A stretch of DNA of 64,000 nt from a virus (Duplodnaviria > Heunggongvirae > Uroviricota > Caudoviricetes). Below the pieces are notes generated by a model, which ran no database searches, had not been told where the DNA came from, and worked only from the letters and a program-made list of their open reading frames with translations. A program made the translations under genes and the position numbers. Where the stretch lies: the IMG/VR virus record IMGVR_UViG_3300020451_002055; one strand, given 5' to 3'. Below are positions 34,614 to 43,081 of this stretch, in pieces (positions within the stretch are counted from its first letter, which is position 1; each line of letters starts with the position of its first letter).

Positions 34614-35073
34614 ATTCTGGTATCACATATCAGAAAAGAACCTCGGCTACAAAGCATACTTCGAGCCTCGCGAGATCGAATGTCTCGGCGAACCATCTCG
34701 ACCAAGGATATGCGTATCCCCAACGGTTGCTCATTGTCTTTCCGCTATCTGCGCCCACGATAAAGTCTATGTATACCGGACATACCGCAAGATGTCGGCT
34801 AGATATCCCTATGGCATCTGCGACTCATACATAACGAAAGAGAGATGGCTGTTTGGAGAGACATGCTTCCTACGACAGCTAACCATCAAATATGACGATC
34901 TAGGATTGCATGAGTTCAGTTGCGCGAGAGGAGATCCATTCGAGCTTGGAAGGCAAGAAGACGAGTATACAGACATCTGCATATCGCTGATGCAGAGCGG
35001 ATTGATAGAGGAGTATCCTCATATCGACTTCGTAGCTCCGAAAATGCTGCGAGAACTTAGGGCGATGGTGTAA
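34597..35073 (+). CDS. hypothetical protein, possible ADP-ribosyltransferase-like fold
   Basis: WYHIS...RICVSPT...CLSAI...VYVY pattern. Confidence 0.55.
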   Translation: MWTKPRFWYHISEKNLGYKAYFEPREIECLGEPSRPRICVSPTVAHCLSAICAHDKVYVYRTYRKMSARYPYGICDSYITKERWLFGETCFLRQLTIKYDDLGLHEFSCARGDPFELGRQEDEYTDICISLMQSGLIEEYPHIDFVAPKMLRELRAMV

Positions 35074-35130
35074 TTGGCAACACAGCAGATTTTGATTCTG
35101 CCATTCTGGGTTCGAGTCCCAGTCGCCTTG
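35059..35130 (+). tRNA. trnQ: tRNA-Gln(TTG), second copy
   Basis: GCAGA-TT TTG AT-TCTGC; overlaps upstream stop. Confidence 0.9.
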
Positions 35131-35171
35131 TTTTAGAGGGACGGTCGTGTTTTTCTTTGTAACACGATCAT

Positions 35172-36002
35172 ATGTTCCCAAACGAAACTTCCAAAATGGC
35201 CTTGTGCATTTCGGGCACGTTTCGTACCGCCTGGGAATGCCATAAGTCTCATTTCAAAAACATCGTCAATGCCTTTCCTGGTCAAGTGGATATCTACTTG
35301 CAGTCTTATATATCAGATGAGGCTTATCAAGTTTGGTGGGCAAAAGAGCGCAAAGACTCGACATGGAATATGGCCTCCGATATCATCGATCTTTACAAAC
35401 CTAAAGCTGTTTGCTTTGAGGAAATGGAACCGCTACAGAGGCGGCTCAATCAAGAGTATCATGTTGACCTAGGTATCCCGTATTGGATGCACAATAACTA
35501 CGCTCAACTACAAATGCAGTATCTAGGAATCAAGACATGCTATGAACTCGCAAGTAAGCAAGATAACTACGATGCCTTCTTCCGTTGCAGATATGACTCT
35601 TGGTACTTTGAGCCGGTTGACTTTAGCGAGAACTGGCAGTTCAAAGATGAGCATATCATGATTTCTCGCGGAGAAGTTGGCTCTCGCTCTGGCAAAGGCG
35701 GATTTTTCAGTTCCTACGATAAATACAGAACTAAAATGAATCCCTTTTACAAGATCAATGATCAGTCTTGGTGGGCAGGAGCAAAGCCTTATGCATACCT
35801 TGCTAGTCTGGTTGATTATGTAAAAGCATATTGCGATCCCGAAACAGGTAAAACGGAACTTTCTCCAGAAGGGCTCTACTGGCGTCATATGATCTCGGGA
35901 GATAGCGAGTATACGCCTGTGATCGAAGAGTCCATTTGGCAACGTATCATTCGAGATGAAGATATACCTCACTTAACCTTCTTCGAAAATGATGCAGAAT
36001 AA
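35172..36002 (+). CDS. putative glycosyltransferase-like protein, paralog 2
   Basis: MALCISGTFRT; YDAFFRCRYD; NDQSW; SPEG. Confidence 0.65.
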   Translation: MFPNETSKMALCISGTFRTAWECHKSHFKNIVNAFPGQVDIYLQSYISDEAYQVWWAKERKDSTWNMASDIIDLYKPKAVCFEEMEPLQRRLNQEYHVDLGIPYWMHNNYAQLQMQYLGIKTCYELASKQDNYDAFFRCRYDSWYFEPVDFSENWQFKDEHIMISRGEVGSRSGKGGFFSSYDKYRTKMNPFYKINDQSWWAGAKPYAYLASLVDYVKAYCDPETGKTELSPEGLYWRHMISGDSEYTPVIEESIWQRIIRDEDIPHLTFFENDAE

Positions 36003-36060
36003 AGGTTCTGCGTCTCCTTGGCAGTAAAACTGATGGTGACATCTATCCAAGGAGTTTTCT

Positions 36061-36444
36061 ATGAAATACGCAGCTATTTTGGTCGTTTTGGCAGCATTGA
36101 TCGTCGGCGGCTGTTCTGATTCATCTAATAGCGACTCTTCTCAGCCAATCGTCAACTCTGTTGAGGTTGATAACCCATATGTGGACATCAACAAGTCAGG
36201 ACATCAGACTTTCATTATGAAGTTTGTTGACCCTCAGTTTAGGGGTATGCACCCAAACATAACCACTAAGTCATTCCGCTTCTTTGAAAAGGCGGATGGA
36301 GTTGAGGTTCTTTACTTTTGGGAAGACCATGAGTATTATGTAACGAAAGCAGGAGAGGAAACGGAGACCCGCCGCAACAAGGCTGGTCGCTGGACCACGT
36401 TTGTCGATAACAAGACCTTGCGGGAAATCGTTCCGCAGAACTAA
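36061..36444 (+). CDS. lipoprotein
   Basis: Lipobox-like IVGGC after hydrophobic signal. Confidence 0.75.
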   Translation: MKYAAILVVLAALIVGGCSDSSNSDSSQPIVNSVEVDNPYVDINKSGHQTFIMKFVDPQFRGMHPNITTKSFRFFEKADGVEVLYFWEDHEYYVTKAGEETETRRNKAGRWTTFVDNKTLREIVPQN

Positions 36445-36454
36445 GGAGTAAGAA

Positions 36455-37103
36455 ATGAAGATCGATCAGCAAGCAAAGGGCGTAAGACTTCTCATGGGCG
36501 AGGAGGCCAGAATCCGGAGGCGGGTTCATCAACGTTTGCGTTGAAGAATCAGAGAGCAGCGGATTCGAAGAAATCCTGCTGCCCCTTGTCGAGCCGTCCA
36601 GGATTTACGAGGACAAGGCCGGAAAAGAGATCCTCGGTCAGATGTATACTTTCGAGGACAGAGGCGGCAGAGAGCTTTGCTTGAGACCGGAAGGAACGGC
36701 AACCGTTCAGCTTGTCGCTCAGAAGCTATGCGGCAAGAAGGATGTCAAGCTCTGGTACGAAACTAGATGCTGGCGATACGAAAGACCGCAAGCCGGTCGC
36801 TATCGAGAGTTCACTCAGTTCGGAGTCGAATGGCTCAACCCAAGAAACGAGGAGCAGGCACGCTCAGAACTTGAGTCTCTTGCTCGCAGGATTGCAGATC
36901 GCTTGGGAATCGATTACGAATGGAGTTCCGCTGTCAGTCGAGGACTTTCGTATTACACGGAAGACGGCTTCGAAATGGGCGTTCCCTCTTTAGGGGCTCA
37001 GAAACAGGTGCTAGGCGGCGGGAAGTATGCTGAAGGCATCGGGTTTGCTGTTGGAGTAGACCGGCTGGCCTTGGCATGTGAGCAGTTGGACTCATCTATC
37101 TGA
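36455..37103 (+). CDS. hisS: histidyl-tRNA synthetase, catalytic domain only, split by +1 frameshift near 36524-36529 (about 215 aa)
   Basis: AAGGAG RBS at ATG 36455 (AKGVRLL); +1 frame continues GFEEILLP, LRPEGTA, RYERPQAGRYREFTQFGVE, RGLSYYT, GGGKY, GFAVGVDRL; no anticodon-binding domain. Confidence 0.85.
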
Positions 37104-37121
37104 GATATCCGATAAGCTGAT

Positions 37122-37322
37122 ATGACCAACGATTTAGCTAAGAAGCTGATTTCGGACGAAGAACTACTACCGCACTTGCCGCATCCTATTTCTTTGGCTG
37201 GCAAGAACCTAACTAGGGAGAATCTAGATGCTCTTGCTAATCTCATCCGTATTGACTTGGCTAAAAAGAAGTTGGCTGAAGCTTTGGGGAATCAACCAAA
37301 AGAAGGAGAGCCAGATGAATGA
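37122..37322 (+). CDS. hypothetical protein
   Basis: ORF. Confidence 0.55.
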   Translation: MTNDLAKKLISDEELLPHLPHPISLAGKNLTRENLDALANLIRIDLAKKKLAEALGNQPKEGEPDE

Positions 37323-37584
37323 AGAAGGCCATGGCGGTTCAGGTTTTTTCGGCGCATTAGGAAAAGACTCTTGCGGCCACGGTTGCGGCTGCTCTTCGGC
37401 TCAGCCCGGCAGTTTCGAGCTTTACCGAGATGCAAGCGACGAATACCGCTGGCGTTTGAAGGCCCGCAACGGCAGGGTCATTGCAACATCTGGCGAGGGC
37501 TATGTCAACAAGGCGGACGCCGAGCATGGCATGAACCTCGTCAAGAATGCATCGAGCGTTACTGAAGTCAAAGATTTGACCTGA
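37315..37584 (+). CDS. YegP/DUF1508 family protein
   Basis: FELYRDASDEYRWRLKARNGRVIATSGEGY. Confidence 0.85.
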   Translation: MNEEGHGGSGFFGALGKDSCGHGCGCSSAQPGSFELYRDASDEYRWRLKARNGRVIATSGEGYVNKADAEHGMNLVKNASSVTEVKDLT

Positions 37585-37593
37585 AGCTAGAGC

Positions 37594-37782
37594 ATGAAAC
37601 AAGACGCAGAAACGAATCTGAAGCTGCTGACTACCGAGCATAGGCTGCTAACTATGCGAAGAAGCACGCTAAAGAAGCAGTTACAAGCAATGCTTGATGA
37701 AATGGGCGAGATCAAAAGAAGGCGAAATCAGATCGATGATGAAATATGGGAGATCAAGCATGGGAAAGCTTCTCCCAAATAA
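37594..37782 (+). CDS. small coiled-coil protein
   Basis: Heptad pattern. Confidence 0.55.
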   Translation: MKQDAETNLKLLTTEHRLLTMRRSTLKKQLQAMLDEMGEIKRRRNQIDDEIWEIKHGKASPK

Positions 37783-37785
37783 CAT

Positions 37786-37868
37786 GGAAGGCATCCGGCT
37801 GGATGAGGAGACGACCTTGAAAGTCGTTGGGTGTAAAAGCCTTGTGGGTTCGAGTCCCACGCCTTCCG
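37786..37868 (+). tRNA. trnS: tRNA-Ser(TGA)
   Basis: ACGAC-CT TGA AA-GTCGT; body near-identical to 18841-18923. Confidence 0.9.
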
Positions 37869-37874
37869 CTTTTT

Positions 37875-38498
37875 ATGGAAGAGCCAGAAGCTCTACATAT
37901 ATTGCATGCTAATGAGGCATTTGCAAAACTGGATGCGGCCATTGCTATCAATGCGGATGCCTTTGAAAATGGTCACACTAGAGCGAACGCTCTATTAAAA
38001 CGCATTCCAGTAGACAAGCCATTCATAGGCGTTGAGCTTGGAACCTACAGAGCAGAACTGGCTGAACTTCTGCTCAAGCATCGTCCTCTTCTAGAACTGT
38101 ATATGATAGATACTTGGCGTATCGATGTATCTCTTGGCGGAAATGACCCTACGCCTCTTTTGTCAGAAGAACATTACGCTGAGATATTCATGGATGCGGC
38201 AAGAAGAATCGCTCCCTACCTTGATAGAGCGCATATCATCAAGACAACAACGAATCAAGCGGTCAACCTCTTCGGCGAAGGGTTCTTTGACTTCGCTTTC
38301 ATAGATGCAGACCACGCTTACCACGCTGTCTTTGATGATATTAGACTTTGGCTTCCCAAGATACAGTCAAGCGGATTCATTTCTGGCCACGACTATTGGT
38401 CATGGTCCGGAACCCGTTCAGCAGTCAAGTTCTTCTTTGAGGGGCATATTGAGACAGACGCAGGAGATACCTGGTTTGTAGATTTGAGCAAGCGGTGA
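37875..38498 (+). CDS. class I SAM-dependent methyltransferase (Methyltransf_24-like)
   Basis: GVELGTYRAE, YMIDTW, FDFAFIDADH, GFISGHDY. Confidence 0.85.
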   Translation: MEEPEALHILHANEAFAKLDAAIAINADAFENGHTRANALLKRIPVDKPFIGVELGTYRAELAELLLKHRPLLELYMIDTWRIDVSLGGNDPTPLLSEEHYAEIFMDAARRIAPYLDRAHIIKTTTNQAVNLFGEGFFDFAFIDADHAYHAVFDDIRLWLPKIQSSGFISGHDYWSWSGTRSAVKFFFEGHIETDAGDTWFVDLSKR

Positions 38499-38567
38499 TG
38501 GATTAGTCTAGATTCGGCCAAGTAGATAGTTCCTATTCTGGACTTTGACGATAATACCTTGAGCTTT

Positions 38568-38656
38568 GGAGAGTAATCCCAGACGGCGACGGGCACCGCT
38601 TGGAAAGCGGTTGGATCAGGTAACCCCTGGTTGCGGTTCGACCCCGCTGCTCTCCG
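38568..38656 (+). tRNA. trnS: tRNA-Ser(GGA), second copy
   Basis: ACCGC-TT GGA AA-GCGGT; V arm; G73. Confidence 0.9.
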
Positions 38657-38662
38657 TTCCTT

Positions 38663-39400
38663 ATGAACGATCCCAAGATAGCAATTTGCCTTTCTGGTCT
38701 TCTTAGATCGTTCAGAACCACATATCCAAGTTTCAAAAAGAATCTCATAGGCGATCTGCCTTGCGATATCTATATGCATCTCTGGTTAGATGGAGATAGC
38801 AAAGAAGATATCGATGAAGCTATCAACCTGTATTCGCCTTACAAAGTCAAGATAGAGGCAAACAGGACGCATGACTTTGAAGAAGAGTATCAAAGCCTTG
38901 TTGACAAGTATGACCTGGATACTGATTCTACGATAACATGGCCTCCTAGCTTGCTGATTGTTCATTATGGGACTTCAGCTTGTTTTTCTCAGGTCAGTTT
39001 TAGAAAGTATGATCTCATTGTACGAGCGAGATATGATACCGAGTTTGTATCAAGAGTGCCCCTAGAGGGGTATTCAAGGATATCTCACGAGTTTGCTATT
39101 TTCCCTCCTGCTGAGAACTGCGATAAGCCTTTTGACAAGGAGATGAGAGAACTAGCGAAGGTCAGTCGTTTTTACTTGCTCAATGATCAGTTTGCAGTTG
39201 GTACTCCTCTGATGATGCAAAGGTATTTCAGCCTCTATGAGAGCATAGATGACTATCTATCCAAAATGCACCTAGACGTAGGTATCTTCTATCATCCAGA
39301 AGGTCTTCTCAAGTTTCACATGAATGAGGCTCAAGGGTCTTTTGGGGAGATCATTATAGACGAGCGAATCAAAATGAGACTTCTGCGTGAACATCTATAG
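38663..39400 (+). CDS. putative glycosyltransferase-like protein, paralog 3
   Basis: IAICLSGLLRS; YDLIVRARYD; NDQFAVG; HPEGLL. Confidence 0.65.
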   Translation: MNDPKIAICLSGLLRSFRTTYPSFKKNLIGDLPCDIYMHLWLDGDSKEDIDEAINLYSPYKVKIEANRTHDFEEEYQSLVDKYDLDTDSTITWPPSLLIVHYGTSACFSQVSFRKYDLIVRARYDTEFVSRVPLEGYSRISHEFAIFPPAENCDKPFDKEMRELAKVSRFYLLNDQFAVGTPLMMQRYFSLYESIDDYLSKMHLDVGIFYHPEGLLKFHMNEAQGSFGEIIIDERIKMRLLREHL

Positions 39401-39459
39401 CGATGCTTTGTCGCCTATCGAAAGACAGTGAGCGACATGCATTTGAGAAAGGTAAGCCA

Positions 39460-39684
39460 ATGGAAGTAGCTTTGACTCTCCTAATACAAACCAATATCAC
39501 AGCGGAAGACGAAGAAGCCTACGAGGATCGGCGCGACGAACTCATCCGAACGCTCGAAGAAAAGGGCTTTGCGGTCAACATTGAAAATGAGTCAAGCGAT
39601 GACTTCGAGGATGAAGAGTATTACATCGATCGATTTGACGACGATGATGAAGACGACGATGAAGATGACGACGATGAATGGTGA
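39460..39684 (+). CDS. small protein with Asp/Glu-rich tail
   Basis: AAGGT RBS; poly-D/E C-terminus. Confidence 0.55.
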   Translation: MEVALTLLIQTNITAEDEEAYEDRRDELIRTLEEKGFAVNIENESSDDFEDEEYYIDRFDDDDEDDDEDDDDEW

Positions 39685-39698
39685 TCTTTATCTCTTAT

Positions 39699-39865
39699 GC
39701 TCGGGATAGCTCATAGAGGAAGAGCGGTATGTCTCGCCTGCGGAAAGCAGGCTCACTGCGTCAGGCTGTTAGGTCGGCGGCACTGTTGAAACAGTCGATC
39801 GGGTCCGGAACCGACTTCGGTTTCTCTTTGCTTAGCTTGAGTGGGTTCGAATCCCGCCCCGGGCT
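39699..39865 (+). ncRNA. giant tRNA-like RNA E (167 nt)
   Basis: Acceptor GCTCGGG/CCCGGGC+T, D arm GCTC/GAGC, T arm GTGGG-TTCGAAT-CCCGC; about 115-nt multi-hairpin insert replaces anticodon/variable arms. Confidence 0.8.
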
Positions 39866-39866
39866 T

Positions 39867-42800
39867 TTACGGATTGATCTTGAACCGAAACTCAAGCAGC
39901 TTGCCTGAGATGATCGAGTTCTTATCAAACACTTTGGCTTTGAGAGTAATAATCTCTCCGCCAGAGAAAGAGGCATCAAGCTCAATAGGTCCGCGATAAA
40001 GGGATGACTTCTTAGTTGGAGCATCCCCATTTATCGTGTACCTGATTTCGCTGAAACTCTGAGTCCTATCCAGAAGAAAGCTGAGAGCTATCACCGCTCT
40101 TCTCTCAAAGGAAGGGACAAAAGAGTTTCTCTGTACATTGCCTTGATTCTGAACAGAAAAGCTCTGGTTGTTGATGGTGAAGAATAGGGGCGAGTTACGG
40201 ATCCTTCCTGCCCTTGAACTAATAGGTCTATTTGGAGTGACTGTTGCCTCAATCTCTCTAAATGATACCTCATTCGGCTCGGTATACGGAAGCTCGATTG
40301 TGTAAGACGTTGTAGCCGACTGTCCTACAGCAGGAAGAGTAATCGGAACTTTAGCGAATGTCAATCGCTCATGATCTGTATAGAACTCTCTGAACGGATT
40401 GGCTTGCAGAGTTCCTCGTATGAATATCCCATCGCCAAACCCGTTTATGGTTGATCTTGGATTTTCAATACTGCGAACCATAGCAGTTCTTGAAGAGGAG
40501 CCAATCATATTTGATCCAGATACCATCGGTACAGACTCGTAGAGTTCAATGATAGAGTCTCCCGAGTTTCTTGTGACTTGATTCTGAATACGGATACTTT
40601 TCAGTCCGAATGTCATTGTCTTGACAATCGATACATCTCCATCTTCAAAGTTGTCATCGCCGTACATCGTATATGAAATGACGACCTTGTTGCCATCAAT
40701 CTGATAGGTTCTACCTGATGGACGAGCCCATCTCCTCTCGTCTCCGCTTGTAATACCTACGATCTGATGAGTCAAGAAAGGAGCTACGTTGCGGCCCGTA
40801 ATGAAAGGCCTTCCTGCATCCCTGCTATACAACAGAGATATACCGCTTCCGCCGATCTCAGCGGCATCTACTCCTCTCCGGGGCTTGTCTGGACTGGTCT
40901 CAATCATCGGATACGGTTCATCGAGCCAATCGCCGCCGGTCGTTTCGAAGGGCTCTCTTGCTCGCTCGTGCTGTTCTTGGGCCTTTCTCCAATAAAACTC
41001 GCCCGGAAAGAATGTTGGCAAAGATGCATAGTAGGCAGGAGTGTCAATACGAATATAGTCCTCTCCCTCTCTGACCTTGACTACATTATGAGAGGTCTCT
41101 TCTGCGGGAAGGACGTAAGAGTTCGGGTTTGATATGTTCTCGTCCGCTTCAAGCCACATGTCGTAGATTTGAAACTTCCAGCCGCCATGTATTTCGAACA
41201 ACGTAGGGTTATCCGTGTCGTTGCTAATCTCTGTATTCATTAGTTCAGCATATTCAGCAAGAGCGCTGGCTGCTTCGCCTGCCGATTTGAATCTGCCTCT
41301 TAGCAAATTCCACTTGGCAACGATAGGAGAAATGTTGCCTAGCTTGCTAACCGCTCCTCCATACTGTTCTTGTAGCGAGCCAAGGTTCGTTCTTGAGTCG
41401 CTGTCATAGGCGTATATCCCCTTGTTGATATCCTTTGTTGGAGCTACAAAGTATTGCCACCACTTGTAGTTCTTCTCGATGGAATCAACAAGGAAATCCC
41501 AATCAGGATCGCCGTCTGCCATCATCCATGCAGATGCCATCTCGAAGTTCTGAATGCCGCAATATGAGCCGTCATAGCTGACAGCTTCAGGAAGAGGAGT
41601 GTTCTCGTTTGTTGAGCCGATATCATCTCTTCTCATGATTTGCTTGGCTTCATCTACGCAGACTTGCTTGAGATTGTTGTTGCCGTACTTCAACTGCCAT
41701 ATCAAAGGAGCTACAACAAAGATAGGAAGGATGCCGCAATCCTGATTTCGGGTAGAAGTAAAGATATCCGCTATGGTAGCATCAAGCTGATCTAGGATAT
41801 TGTATGCAAGAGCATCCGTATCTCCTGCCTCAATGTTGTCTATCTGATTGTTGAAGAAGACGCCTGCTGCCAGTTCTCCCGATCCTGCAAGACCAGAGTT
41901 TCCAAGCCTTGATGTAATACTGAAAGCTGATCCTCTGAGCCTATAGCCATGAACGCACCTAGCATCAGCAATAGTGCTGATTCGGGCTCTCTTTTTGAGG
42001 TCGCTGTCGTTATAGTACGGATTGGAAGAATCATTCCATGCCGAGAGAAAAGCAAAGAAGCCGCCTCTGTTGATATGCTGAGCGCCGTAAGGCAGCATGC
42101 CGGTGCCCGTTGAACCTATCTCGTCATGGACATGGCCGCAGCGATGGGCAGAGGTGGTAAAGTTCTGCTGATTCAATGCAGTATGAACAGTTCTAAAACA
42201 GTTGGCATACTTGTCGATATGGTAGTATCTGCGAGGATTCGCTGCCCATTCAGTCGCAGCATCAGGCCAAGTCTTCTTTGAATCCTCATAGTCCGTACTA
42301 CTCATAGTCGCGATAATCTCAACGATTCGACTATGACCAAGCTCGTCTCCCTTACCCCAAAATCGTATCGAGCCCGGTTTCGTCGTGCCTGATTGAATAG
42401 CGTTCGCTGCAGCAAGACTGTTGCAAACAACGAAAGGTAGTCGCTCGAAGCGAAGAGTCCAGCTTCCTGAAGTTGTCAGCGTCCATACGTCATCGGATCC
42501 GAATGTGGGATTGTCGGCTCTTTCGACAGTTCCGTCTGTTGGATGCTCGGTGTCATCAATGGGCGTATCATCAGATTGAGCTATTGTGACATCGCCGGTA
42601 AATAGAAAGCCATAGTCCGGAGCCTCGGCAGGCACGAAGATATAGCCTGGAGAAAAATCTATGCAGTCCTCGTTGAGTATACCTCCTGCATACTGAATAC
42701 CATACTGATCTATGGAGAAGTCCGCAAGGATATCCCAAGTTGACCCATCAGTCCCCTTGATGACAACTCGATAAATACCTGTCTTAGTAGGCAAGTCTAT

Positions 42801-43058
42801 CGTATGACGAATGACTGAAGAGGTTACAGGCTCATCGCCCATGATCTGATATCTGTCTAGATACCGGGGGTTAATAGAGTAGTATATGGTATCGCCGTCA
42901 GGATCAATTACTCGAACAATCGATGCCGTCTGAGACAAGGGCTCATCAATTGCAATCTGCTGAGTAGTTTCAGATGTCTTATTGAAATAGAAGTTTTGAA
43001 CGCCGAGAGGGTTGCCGATAGCGTCCCCAAGAGTGAGTTCTTTCTGGCTGACGAGCAT
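39867..43058 (-). CDS. large hypothetical protein (1063 aa) with C-terminal chitobiase/hexosaminidase-C (FN3-like) domain; possibly virion-associated or carbohydrate-active
   Basis: IRYTINGDAPTKKSSLYRGPIEL...TLKAKVFD; AGGA RBS. Confidence 0.75.
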   Translation of the reverse strand: MLVSQKELTLGDAIGNPLGVQNFYFNKTSETTQQIAIDEPLSQTASIVRVIDPDGDTIYYSINPRYLDRYQIMGDEPVTSSVIRHTIDLPTKTGIYRVVIKGTDGSTWDILADFSIDQYGIQYAGGILNEDCIDFSPGYIFVPAEAPDYGFLFTGDVTIAQSDDTPIDDTEHPTDGTVERADNPTFGSDDVWTLTTSGSWTLRFERLPFVVCNSLAAANAIQSGTTKPGSIRFWGKGDELGHSRIVEIIATMSSTDYEDSKKTWPDAATEWAANPRRYYHIDKYANCFRTVHTALNQQNFTTSAHRCGHVHDEIGSTGTGMLPYGAQHINRGGFFAFLSAWNDSSNPYYNDSDLKKRARISTIADARCVHGYRLRGSAFSITSRLGNSGLAGSGELAAGVFFNNQIDNIEAGDTDALAYNILDQLDATIADIFTSTRNQDCGILPIFVVAPLIWQLKYGNNNLKQVCVDEAKQIMRRDDIGSTNENTPLPEAVSYDGSYCGIQNFEMASAWMMADGDPDWDFLVDSIEKNYKWWQYFVAPTKDINKGIYAYDSDSRTNLGSLQEQYGGAVSKLGNISPIVAKWNLLRGRFKSAGEAASALAEYAELMNTEISNDTDNPTLFEIHGGWKFQIYDMWLEADENISNPNSYVLPAEETSHNVVKVREGEDYIRIDTPAYYASLPTFFPGEFYWRKAQEQHERAREPFETTGGDWLDEPYPMIETSPDKPRRGVDAAEIGGSGISLLYSRDAGRPFITGRNVAPFLTHQIVGITSGDERRWARPSGRTYQIDGNKVVISYTMYGDDNFEDGDVSIVKTMTFGLKSIRIQNQVTRNSGDSIIELYESVPMVSGSNMIGSSSRTAMVRSIENPRSTINGFGDGIFIRGTLQANPFREFYTDHERLTFAKVPITLPAVGQSATTSYTIELPYTEPNEVSFREIEATVTPNRPISSRAGRIRNSPLFFTINNQSFSVQNQGNVQRNSFVPSFERRAVIALSFLLDRTQSFSEIRYTINGDAPTKKSSLYRGPIELDASFSGGEIITLKAKVFDKNSIISGKLLEFRFKINP

Positions 43059-43081
43059 ATTTTGTTCCTATGTGGTTACAG

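Noticed and set aside
36642-37103. HisRS fragment starting at ATG 36642, or a HisZ call
   Set aside because: Motif 1 lies upstream of 36642; catalytic motif 2/3 residues are retained, unlike HisZ
39640-39680. GAC/GAT/GAA repeat tract
   Set aside because: Encodes an acidic protein tail; no independent repeat structure
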